Positions 1-9,214 of a DNA stretch of 47,443 nucleotides are shown here, piece after piece. The stretch covers positions 1-47,443 of the forward strand of contig JAUNXF010000003.1 of NCBI GenBank assembly GCA_030539935.1, in the 5' to 3' direction. The stretch comes from Methanobrevibacter sp. Lineage in GTDB: Archaea > Methanobacteriota > Methanobacteria > Methanobacteriales > Methanobacteriaceae. A program made the position numbers and the translations under genes. The notes beneath the pieces are model-generated. The model made no database searches. It had not been told where the DNA came from and saw only the letters and a list, made by a program, of their open reading frames with translations. How positions within the stretch are numbered: position 1 is the stretch's first letter; each line of letters opens with the position of its first letter.

Positions 1-2
1 CA

Positions 3-2636
3 AGTGAAGGAACTTCAACCTTTATGGTCTTGGATGGTGTTGTTACCAAGGATACATTCCAATACTACTTCGATGGGGAAAACAACTACACCTTGTTTGA
101 CTATGTTCCTGAAGGAGCCACCCTTGACTTCCAAGGAGACTTCCTCGGCGCATACACAACTAACATAAACAAGCCTGTAAACATCGTAAGTACAACCGGC
201 GACGCATTCATCGAAACCAACAAGACCGGAAGCTTCAACATATTGGCTGGAGGTTCAGGAACCAACGTAACCGGACTCAAGTTCCTCAACACCGCATTCT
301 ACATTACAACCGCACATGATGTCACAATCGACAACATACACATGGTTGCAAACATGAACGGCGTAGGATCATCAACCGGATTCCTAAGCATAAGATCCAA
401 CTCCTCATACGTAACTGTCAAAAACAGCTACTTCGAAAACGGAGGAACCGGATCAAGCTGTCTAGTAATCGGAAAATCCAGCTACTGTGTAATTGACCAC
501 AATGTCATCAATGCTACAAAGAACAGCGGAAACATCATCTACATAACAACCTATGTAGGAACAGGGGACACCCCATGCTACAACAACATCACAAACAATG
601 TGATTGAAAGTAAAGTAAATTCAGGATTCTGCTATGCAATCGCAGTCATCGGTGCATACAACCTCATCGAAAACAATACCGTAAACCACCCAGGTTCAGG
701 TATCGTACAGCAATCCACATGGGGAGCAGCACCACAACCAAGCGGCCATAACAGCTACATCAACAACACCTTAACCGGCGGATGCGGATTGACTGCTATG
801 GTAAACAGCACTGTACTAGACAACAATGTTGCTGGCGCAATGACACTTAACGCTGACTGCACTGCAGAAGGAAACACCGCAAACACATTAACCGTAAGCG
901 GCGCAAACTGTATCGTGAAAGGCAACACCATTAATGGTGCTGTAACTGTTGCAGCTGCTGCAAAAGGCACTGAAATGACTGGAAACACAATAACCGGACT
1001 TGTAACCGTAAACTCAGGCGAAAACACAATCACAGCAAACGACATCAGAACAAGCAGCGAATACGCAATTGACCTTAAGACCGGCGCAAACAACACTGTA
1101 ACCGACAACACACTCTATGCAAGTGAAAAAGTCGGTGACGCAGCTGTAAAATTCACTGAAGGCAAGGACAATCTTGTCCAATACAACTTGCCATTAAGCA
1201 CTGAATTGACCGTAATCGTCGATGACGCAATTGTCGGAGAATCCTCCAACATCAACATTAAATTGGTTGATGCCAAAGGAAACAGCGTATCCGGTATCGT
1301 CAAGGTAACCATTGGTGAAGACGAATACAACGTAACCGTAACTGACGGCAAAGGATCAGTTTCCATTGCTCCATTTGCCCAAACCGGAACCTATGACGTT
1401 GTTGCAAGCTTCAACGATGAAGCTTACGCTCCAGCTGCTGTGGAAACCAGCGTAACCGTCTACGGCCCTGGAAACGTAACCGTCAAACACACTGATGCTG
1501 GAGATGCCCACGACATCCAAGCTGCCATCGATGCTGCAAACCCAGGAGATGTTGTCCAATTAGGCAACTACAGCTACACTGATGTGGCTGACGTGAACAT
1601 AACCAAGCCTGTAACCCTTGCAGGAACTGAAGGAACAACCATCACCTCAACCGGTGACGGAACCCCTATCTTCAATGTTCCAGCAATCTCAGAAAACGGT
1701 CCAGAAAGTGTAAACATCACTGGAATTGACTTCAAATTAGCTAATGGAGACACCGTTGTTAAGGCAACCGCCGATAACGACACTAACCCATTGTCTATTG
1801 TCACTCCATCCATTAACATTAAGGAAAACACTTTCGAGCTTGTAAACGAAACTACTGTTGGCGAATCTGTAACAATCTTAGAGCTTGAATCTGAAAGAGG
1901 AATATTGTCACCAACCGGTGAAATTTCCATCAGCGGAAATGAAATCACCGCAGGCATTAATCCATTTGAGTTTGATGTAACCAGTGTCGGTTCAGGAAAT
2001 GATGTAAGCATCACTCCTCAAAACTTGACTCCAGTGAAAAAGGCAACCAGAATCATTTACAAGGACATGGTTACCACCGCTGTTGATATGGGCCTTGACG
2101 GACGTGTCGGTGAATGGTTCAACTTCACATTAGTCGATGAGGATGGAACTCCAATACCTAACACTCCTATGGAAATCGGATTCAACGGTAAGATCTACAA
2201 TTCAGAAAACGAAGGCATCATTACTGATGAAAACGGTACCGCAAGATTACAAATCAACCTCGGTTCCGCAGGTTCAAACACATTTGCAATCAGCTTCCTT
2301 GGAAATGATGAGTACGATGCTTCATTTGCTGTTGCAAGAATCAACGTAACCGCACAAAAAGGTACCTTAACAGTTCCTAACAAGTCTTACTCTGCAAGTG
2401 CAAAGACCAAATCATTAACCGCTACACTTAAGTCAGCTAGCGGAAAAGCGGTCAGAAACAAAGAGATCGTCTTTATCGTAGACGGCAAATATTACTCTGC
2501 CAAGACCAATGCTAATGGTGTTGCAACTGTAAAAGTAAGCTTAAACAAGAAAGGAACCTATAAGTTCTCTGTAATGTTTAACCACGACGTCAGATATGCG
2601 CCAATAAACAAAACAGCTACACTTACCATTAAATAG
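3..2636 (+). CDS. Adhesin-like protein (beta-helix plus Ig-like domains), 5'-partial
   Basis: The frame is open from base 3 (AGT GAA GGA ACT...), so the real start lies upstream of the window. Asn/Thr-rich parallel beta-helix repeats, Ig-like segments and the typical Methanobrevibacter adhesin C-terminus (YSAKTNANGVATVKVSLNKKGTY). Confidence 0.85.
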   Translation, partial: SEGTSTFMVLDGVVTKDTFQYYFDGENNYTLFDYVPEGATLDFQGDFLGAYTTNINKPVNIVSTTGDAFIETNKTGSFNILAGGSGTNVTGLKFLNTAFYITTAHDVTIDNIHMVANMNGVGSSTGFLSIRSNSSYVTVKNSYFENGGTGSSCLVIGKSSYCVIDHNVINATKNSGNIIYITTYVGTGDTPCYNNITNNVIESKVNSGFCYAIAVIGAYNLIENNTVNHPGSGIVQQSTWGAAPQPSGHNSYINNTLTGGCGLTAMVNSTVLDNNVAGAMTLNADCTAEGNTANTLTVSGANCIVKGNTINGAVTVAAAAKGTEMTGNTITGLVTVNSGENTITANDIRTSSEYAIDLKTGANNTVTDNTLYASEKVGDAAVKFTEGKDNLVQYNLPLSTELTVIVDDAIVGESSNINIKLVDAKGNSVSGIVKVTIGEDEYNVTVTDGKGSVSIAPFAQTGTYDVVASFNDEAYAPAAVETSVTVYGPGNVTVKHTDAGDAHDIQAAIDAANPGDVVQLGNYSYTDVADVNITKPVTLAGTEGTTITSTGDGTPIFNVPAISENGPESVNITGIDFKLANGDTVVKATADNDTNPLSIVTPSINIKENTFELVNETTVGESVTILELESERGILSPTGEISISGNEITAGINPFEFDVTSVGSGNDVSITPQNLTPVKKATRIIYKDMVTTAVDMGLDGRVGEWFNFTLVDEDGTPIPNTPMEIGFNGKIYNSENEGIITDENGTARLQINLGSAGSNTFAISFLGNDEYDASFAVARINVTAQKGTLTVPNKSYSASAKTKSLTATLKSASGKAVRNKEIVFIVDGKYYSAKTNANGVATVKVSLNKKGTYKFSVMFNHDVRYAPINKTATLTIK

Positions 2637-2668
2637 GCGGTGTGAAAAAATCAAGACAAAAATTTTAA

Positions 2669-2718
2669 TCTAGTTTTTTGAGCGTTATGCTCAAAATTCT
2701 AGAACTTTTATTTTTTTC
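2669..2718 (+). terminator. Hairpin TTTTGAGC-GTTAT-GCTCAAAA followed by a T-rich tract; probable terminator
   Basis: Inverted repeat 33 nt after the stop codon, followed by T runs. Confidence 0.5.
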
Positions 2719-2864
2719 AGATGATTCAAAAGAAACTTGTTAAGCTGATAATTTTTTATAAACATTATGATTTTTTGTAATTTTTATAAAAAATTATTGG
2801 ATAATTAGAAAGATAATTTGGATTATTTTAAGAATTATCTAAATTATTAAAGAATAATTTTATT

Positions 2865-5800
2865 ATGGAGATGGAAAATGTGAAAATAAGAAGGGCTATG
2901 ATTTTTTGCTTGGCATTGATATTTATGCTATCGTTAGGATTTAGTGCAGCAAGTGCAACGGATTCTAATGATTTCAGTAATTTGGAATTGGATGAGGGTA
3001 TTTTATCTGATTCTATTGGCAGTAATTTTGATGATGATTTGGTTTTATCTGATTCTATTGATGAATCCAATGACTTATCTAATGTTGAAAGTGATTCTTT
3101 AGACTCTAATTGTGATGGTCTTAATTCAAATCTTCAAGAATCTAATGATCCTAATTCAAACGTCCTAAGGGATGAATCTAATGCAATATATGTATCACCT
3201 AATGGAAATGATGAAAATGATGGATTGTCAAGGGACAGTCCAGTGGGAAATATTTCAACAGCGGTTTCTCTTGCTGGTGAGGGATCCACCATATATCTTT
3301 TGAATGGAGTCTATAATCAGGACAATATACCATTGTCTAAAAATCTATACTTCATAGGTGAAAATGGAGCAATTATAAATAGAACATCAAAATTGGCCGT
3401 ATTCAGATATACAAGCGATAACATAAAGACAGTCAGCCTTAAGAATATTGTATTCACCTCAGAGTCAGCTGCTGCAACCAATCCGATTTTAAGCATGGCA
3501 GGCCGTGCCAATTTGATGTGTGACAACTGCACTTTCACCCATATCATTTCAAATAAGAATGGGGTGGTCCGCTTTATGGGAAATTCTACCGGAACCATCT
3601 CCAATTGCAGATTCATTGATTTGGATGGAACCACAAATGGCGGTGCTTCCTATGTATATGTTCTTGGTGAGGCTAAGGTGAAGGTCAACAGCTGTATTTT
3701 TAAGAATATCTCAAACAGCTTCTTAAGGGCAGTGGTTTATGTAAACAATGATCTGGCAAACTTGACATTGACCAATTCCCATTTTTATAACATCTCTGGT
3801 AATGCCAATGCTATAGTTGAAAACAGGGGATATATGAAGATTGAAAATTCCACTTTCAATGACATTTCATTAAGCGGAAACAGTCCTGTAGGAATTATCT
3901 GGACATCTGAAACCATTAGCAAAAACTCAAGAACCTATATAAACTCATCTTCCTTCTACAATAACTCCATAAACACTACAGTGGCTATAAACAGTTCAAT
4001 AATTCAAGCAAAATCACCTATTGTAATAGAGTATTCATCTTTCATAAACAATGACGTTGACTATATTGTAAACAATGCCAATGATACAAACATCACCGCC
4101 AATTATAATTGGTGGGGAACAAACAGCAATCCCAAATCATTGGTTTCAGAGGGTGTAGGCATTGACAATTGGTTCATAATGTCCATTGACTTTGATGTCA
4201 ATGACCTGATTGCAGGAGAGGAGTATCCGATATCCATAAGCATTGACAAAATATTGAATGAAAATGGGGAATCCTATTTCTTGGATGAGGGAATTTCAGG
4301 TGCGGAAATAGTGGTCAGTTCTCAAAACGGCAATTTTAGGATAAATTCCGGAACCATGATGAATGGCATTCCATTAGGTGGCGGAATGTTGGAAGACGGT
4401 GGAAAGGTCGCTAAAGTCTACACAAAGGATGGCTTTGTTAATTTGATTTATGCACCTGCATTGGATGGTCCTGAAACCATCTCATTCAAATCTGGTTTAG
4501 AGGAGTTCATTTATAATATAGAGCTGGCTGAAGCAATAGTTTATAATGAATATTTTGTTTCCAAATCAGGAAATGATGAAAATGATGGACTGACAAATGG
4601 CACTGCCTTCAAGACCATATTCCATGCCATTGAAATTGCCAAGTCACTGAAGGCCAATGCAAAAATCCATATTTCAGCCGGCGTCTATGAAGAAAGCGGA
4701 TTTGAAATAGATGCCTATGGAAGTGGTTTCGAATCTCCTCATTTTGCATTCATAGGGTATGGAAATGTTGTAATTGATGGAAAAGGCCAAAATTCAAGCA
4801 TTTTTACCATAAGAGATGGGGTGGCATCATTTAAAAACATCAGATTTACAAATGTGAACGGTGCGGAAAATGGTGGAGCCATTAGCATTGCCTTAAATGA
4901 TGAAGGAAATCTTGGCAGTGGAGCTTCAAATAATGGCCTATTTGTCAATTTAACTGTAAATAACTGTACCTTTGATAATCTATTGGTTAATGGCAATGGA
5001 TCTGCAATCTATTATAATTATGGCAGTGGAAAGATAAGCGTCAACAATACAAAATTCTATAATTTCACTTCCAATTCCAATGGAGGTGCCATTTATATAA
5101 AGGAATCAAGTGATTTGGCAAACTTAAAGGTAACAGGTTCCAAGTTTAGGGACAATGCTGCAGAAAACGGCGGAGCATTATATTTGGAGGCAAGCAACAT
5201 TACCATTGGAAAATGTGATTTCATAAGCAACAGCGCCAATAATGCTGCTGGTGCAATCCTATTTTTCAATTCAAATGCATTTGTTGAAAACTGTACCATA
5301 GTGAATTGCTCTTCCAAAAGAAATGCAGCTGCCATTTCAATAGATGGTGCAGAGGGAAACCTGATTGCAATAAGGAATTCAATAATTGAAAACAACACTG
5401 GAATTGATGTGGATGCGATTGGTGAGGAAGAAGGGCAAAATCCTATGGCTGCCATTTATGTATTGGGGGCAGGATTAGACATTTCATATTGCTCAATAGT
5501 GAATAGCATCTCATTGGAAACAGCTGCAATGGACTCAGAAAATGGCATAAGGCAAGGCATTGCCATTGCAAACAATAACTGGTGGGGAACCAATAATCCG
5601 AATGAGACCATAAGAGGCTCCAATATAACCATCGACCAATGGCTTATCTTGCATGTAAGCCTTAACAATACTGGTGTCTTAAAGGTAGGAAACTCCGTAA
5701 ATGTTTCAATTGACTTTAACCATGTGATGACAAGCTCAGGAGATATAGTGCCTTTGACTGGAGGCAAGATTTCAAGGGAATTTGCAATTAGAATGAATGC

Positions 5801-8800
5801 AACTGCAGGCCGCATATATCCTTATTATATCGTTACAAGGGATAAGGAGGCAAATAGTGTATTTACAGTTCAGGATGGAGGGGCCTGCCTTGACATCAGG
5901 ACAGAAAACGCACTTGTGCACATAGACTTCATTGTAAACAATTACTATGGGGTCATCTACATTTCAAACAATGGTAATGATGATTGGAACGGTTCCATTG
6001 AATCTCCTGTAAGGACTTATGGAAAGGCAATTTCATTGGCTTTGGAAGAGGGAGGATCACATCACATCTTCTTCCTTGAAGGAACTTACGAATTCTGTGA
6101 CGTATATCTTGGTGAAACCTACCTTACCATTGAAGGTGAAGGCATTAACAAATCCATTTTGGATGGGGTTTATTATACCGGCGGAATGATTTCCAACTAT
6201 AAGTCCAATCTCTTCATCAAAAACATAACCTTCATAAATGGGGCAAACACCATTTCTTCAGGAGGCGCCATTACAAATATGGGCAACTTGACACTTGATA
6301 CTGTAAAGATCTCAAATTCCATTGTCAAGAATGCAAATGGAGGTGCCATTTATTCAGTAGGTCATTTGACCATCATCAATTCCACCTTCTCCAATAATAT
6401 GGTGGATAACGGTGCCAGCGGAGGAAGCGGAGGTGTGATTTACACCGATGGCTACTACACCAGCTTGGATTATCCTCCAAGTCTGGAGATTTTCGACAGT
6501 GTCTTTATGGACAATACTGCAAAGGGCGGCAGTTATGGTGGCGGTGCCATTTACATGCAAGTGGTCAACGGAAACAAGACCATTAGGAACACTAAGTTCA
6601 TAAACAATAAGGCAGTAGCCGGTGGAGCCATATTCCTTCAAAGATGTGAGGGAAACTTTGAAATGGACAATGTAAGCTTTATTGGAAATAAGGCTACAGG
6701 CAGTTCCTCAATCTATGGTGGAGGCGCCATTTGCTTAATCGGAATTTCCGATACCAGAGTTGGAAACATAATGATTAGAAACAGCCTATTTGAGAATAAC
6801 TCTGCTAAAAACACCCGTGGAGGTGGAGCAATATTCGATAGGAATGTGGATTTGAACATCACCAACTCTGCAATAATCAACAATAGTGACACAGATAAGA
6901 ATACCCAGATATATAAGGACACCACCCTTTACTTGCCTAGCGGCGGAAGGATAATCCTAGAGGACAACTGGTGGGGAGCAAATGATTTAAGCGCTTTGCC
7001 TGTCTTGGCTTCAAATGCAAGCATCAACAGATGGGTTGTGATGGATTTGACAGTGGAAATATGTGGTGATGAGAATAATTCAGACTTAAATGAGTATAAA
7101 GTGCTCTCATCTTTGGAAAAATATAATGATGGCACTTTCATCAGGGATAATCCAAATTATCAAAACTATGCAGGCAATCCTTTTGAGCGCCTGTTCAAAT
7201 TCTCCTCTTCAACAGGATCATTCGCTCCACAGTCAGGAATATTATCCAATGGCTCTGGAGAATCCCTCTTCACATCAGACGCTAAAGGCAATATTGTCAT
7301 TGCAACCATTGATAGCCAATCTTTGGAATTCAATACAATGGACTTGTACATTAACACTACAATTTCTTTGGAATTGGAAAGCAATAACATAACAGTCAGA
7401 CATGCCGATTTGAACATTAGCTTGAATGGCATTGACACAAATCCAATCAATGGAACAGTCATCCTCTCAGTCAATGGAAATGAGGAAACAGTCAATGTCA
7501 CCGATGGAAAGGCAACTGTAGAGCTTAAGAATCTTAATGATGGCATTAACACAATATCTGTAAGTTTCAATGGAAGCGGAAAATATCTGGAATCTGAAGA
7601 GTCCTGCCTGATTGAAGTAAGAATAACCAATGTTAATTTATCTATATCACTGGATGATGTTGTTGTAGGTGAGGCATCTAAAGTTCAGCTTTTCCTCTAT
7701 GATGAGTTCAACAATCCTTTAAGCCTCGATGCAAACATCACTGTAAATGATAAGGTTTATCCTGTTCAAATCAATGAGGGCAAGGGGTCCGTTATCATCA
7801 ATCCAATTGATGAAGTGGGGAAATACACTGTCGCCGCTGCCATAAATTGTGACGGATATGAAGGAAACACCTCCTGTGAGGCCATCTTAACCGTTTATGG
7901 AATAGGCAATGTGACTGTAAAGCATACTGGTGATGGAGATGCACTGGATATTCAAAGGGCTATAGATTCTGCAAATCCTGGTGACACAATACAGCTTGGA
8001 AACTACATCTACACAAATGTTTCCAATATAAACATTACTAAGGATTTGGCCATTGCAGGAAATGAGGAAACTGTAATTGCAAGTGCAGGAGACGGAAATC
8101 CTATATTCAATCTTCCTCCAAAATCCAATGATGGCCCTCAAACCGTAAGCATTAGAGATATTGAATTTAAGTTGAACAGTAGGGACATTGTCCTAAAGGC
8201 CATAGCTCTAAATGACACAGAAGATTCATTGGCCATCGACACTCAAGCAATCAGCATTACAAACAACATTTTTGAACTGGTCAGCGAGGGGGATGTAGCT
8301 GAGTCCATAGACATTTTATATCTTGAATCTGAAAGGGGAATACTCTCCCCTAACAATATTATTAATATTTCAGCCAATTCCATAAGCGCTGGCATAAACC
8401 CATTTGAATTTGAGGTGACAAGCATAAGTTCAGGAGACGGCATCAGCATAGGCTCCCAAAACATTACCCCTAAGAGAAAGGCAACTAAGATCATTTACAA
8501 TGATATGCTTACAACTGCTGTTGACATGGGCCTTGACGGACGTGTCGGGGAATGGTTCAACTTCACATTGGTGGATGAGGATGGAACCCCAATTCCTAAC
8601 ACTCCTATGGAAATCGGATTCAACGGAAAAATCTACAATGCAGAAAACGAAGGCATAATTACCGATGAAAACGGTACCGCAAAACTGCAGATCAACCTTG
8701 GTTCCGCAGGCTCAAACACATTTGCAATCAGCTTCCTTGGAAATGATGAATACGATGCATCATTTGCAGTTGCAAGAATCAATGTAACTCAACAAAAGGG

Positions 8801-9074
8801 TAGCCTAACAGTTCCAAACAGATCATACAGTGCAAGTGCAAAGACAAAGGCAATAACTGCAACATTGAAATCTGCCAGCGGAAAGCCAGTCAGAAACAAG
8901 GAAATAATATTCATTGTGGCAGGAAAGTATTATTCAGCCAAAACCAATGCAAAGGGAGTCGCAACAGTGAATGTCAGCTTAAATAAAAAGGGAACATACA
9001 GTTTCACTGCCAAGTTTGCAAATGATGTCAGATATGCTGCAGTGAACAAGACTGCAAGGCTGATAATAAAATAG
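2865..9074 (+). CDS. Large adhesin-like protein (2069 aa) with three beta-helix/Pmp-like modules and Ig-like domains
   Basis: Signal peptide, acidic linker, three modules starting YVSxxGND-like with NWWG ends, many GGAI repeats, and a C-terminus paralogous to the upstream adhesin. The exact start codon is uncertain (2865-2880). Confidence 0.88.
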   Translation: MEMENVKIRRAMIFCLALIFMLSLGFSAASATDSNDFSNLELDEGILSDSIGSNFDDDLVLSDSIDESNDLSNVESDSLDSNCDGLNSNLQESNDPNSNVLRDESNAIYVSPNGNDENDGLSRDSPVGNISTAVSLAGEGSTIYLLNGVYNQDNIPLSKNLYFIGENGAIINRTSKLAVFRYTSDNIKTVSLKNIVFTSESAAATNPILSMAGRANLMCDNCTFTHIISNKNGVVRFMGNSTGTISNCRFIDLDGTTNGGASYVYVLGEAKVKVNSCIFKNISNSFLRAVVYVNNDLANLTLTNSHFYNISGNANAIVENRGYMKIENSTFNDISLSGNSPVGIIWTSETISKNSRTYINSSSFYNNSINTTVAINSSIIQAKSPIVIEYSSFINNDVDYIVNNANDTNITANYNWWGTNSNPKSLVSEGVGIDNWFIMSIDFDVNDLIAGEEYPISISIDKILNENGESYFLDEGISGAEIVVSSQNGNFRINSGTMMNGIPLGGGMLEDGGKVAKVYTKDGFVNLIYAPALDGPETISFKSGLEEFIYNIELAEAIVYNEYFVSKSGNDENDGLTNGTAFKTIFHAIEIAKSLKANAKIHISAGVYEESGFEIDAYGSGFESPHFAFIGYGNVVIDGKGQNSSIFTIRDGVASFKNIRFTNVNGAENGGAISIALNDEGNLGSGASNNGLFVNLTVNNCTFDNLLVNGNGSAIYYNYGSGKISVNNTKFYNFTSNSNGGAIYIKESSDLANLKVTGSKFRDNAAENGGALYLEASNITIGKCDFISNSANNAAGAILFFNSNAFVENCTIVNCSSKRNAAAISIDGAEGNLIAIRNSIIENNTGIDVDAIGEEEGQNPMAAIYVLGAGLDISYCSIVNSISLETAAMDSENGIRQGIAIANNNWWGTNNPNETIRGSNITIDQWLILHVSLNNTGVLKVGNSVNVSIDFNHVMTSSGDIVPLTGGKISREFAIRMNATAGRIYPYYIVTRDKEANSVFTVQDGGACLDIRTENALVHIDFIVNNYYGVIYISNNGNDDWNGSIESPVRTYGKAISLALEEGGSHHIFFLEGTYEFCDVYLGETYLTIEGEGINKSILDGVYYTGGMISNYKSNLFIKNITFINGANTISSGGAITNMGNLTLDTVKISNSIVKNANGGAIYSVGHLTIINSTFSNNMVDNGASGGSGGVIYTDGYYTSLDYPPSLEIFDSVFMDNTAKGGSYGGGAIYMQVVNGNKTIRNTKFINNKAVAGGAIFLQRCEGNFEMDNVSFIGNKATGSSSIYGGGAICLIGISDTRVGNIMIRNSLFENNSAKNTRGGGAIFDRNVDLNITNSAIINNSDTDKNTQIYKDTTLYLPSGGRIILEDNWWGANDLSALPVLASNASINRWVVMDLTVEICGDENNSDLNEYKVLSSLEKYNDGTFIRDNPNYQNYAGNPFERLFKFSSSTGSFAPQSGILSNGSGESLFTSDAKGNIVIATIDSQSLEFNTMDLYINTTISLELESNNITVRHADLNISLNGIDTNPINGTVILSVNGNEETVNVTDGKATVELKNLNDGINTISVSFNGSGKYLESEESCLIEVRITNVNLSISLDDVVVGEASKVQLFLYDEFNNPLSLDANITVNDKVYPVQINEGKGSVIINPIDEVGKYTVAAAINCDGYEGNTSCEAILTVYGIGNVTVKHTGDGDALDIQRAIDSANPGDTIQLGNYIYTNVSNINITKDLAIAGNEETVIASAGDGNPIFNLPPKSNDGPQTVSIRDIEFKLNSRDIVLKAIALNDTEDSLAIDTQAISITNNIFELVSEGDVAESIDILYLESERGILSPNNIINISANSISAGINPFEFEVTSISSGDGISIGSQNITPKRKATKIIYNDMLTTAVDMGLDGRVGEWFNFTLVDEDGTPIPNTPMEIGFNGKIYNAENEGIITDENGTAKLQINLGSAGSNTFAISFLGNDEYDASFAVARINVTQQKGSLTVPNRSYSASAKTKAITATLKSASGKPVRNKEIIFIVAGKYYSAKTNAKGVATVNVSLNKKGTYSFTAKFANDVRYAAVNKTARLIIK

Positions 9075-9126
9075 TGAACAGATAAGTTGCAGAAGAAGAC
9101 TGCAAGGCTGATAATAAAATAGTGAA
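9029..9126 (+). repeat. ~48-bp tandem duplication of the adhesin 3' end including the stop codon
   Basis: AAGACTGCAAGGCTGATAATAAAATAGTGAA is identical at 9048-9078 and 9096-9126, and the preceding bases are also similar. Confidence 0.9.
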
Positions 9127-9214
9127 GTTCAATAAAAGTAATAAAACATTAACAAAAATTATTATTATGATAAGAGAGATAAATAATATAATGAATTATT
9201 GATTGGGGATTTTT

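Noticed and set aside
101-8494. Numerous antisense ORFs within adhesin genes (and similar shadows elsewhere)
   Set aside because: Shadows of biased codon usage on the coding strand, with no motifs or RBS.
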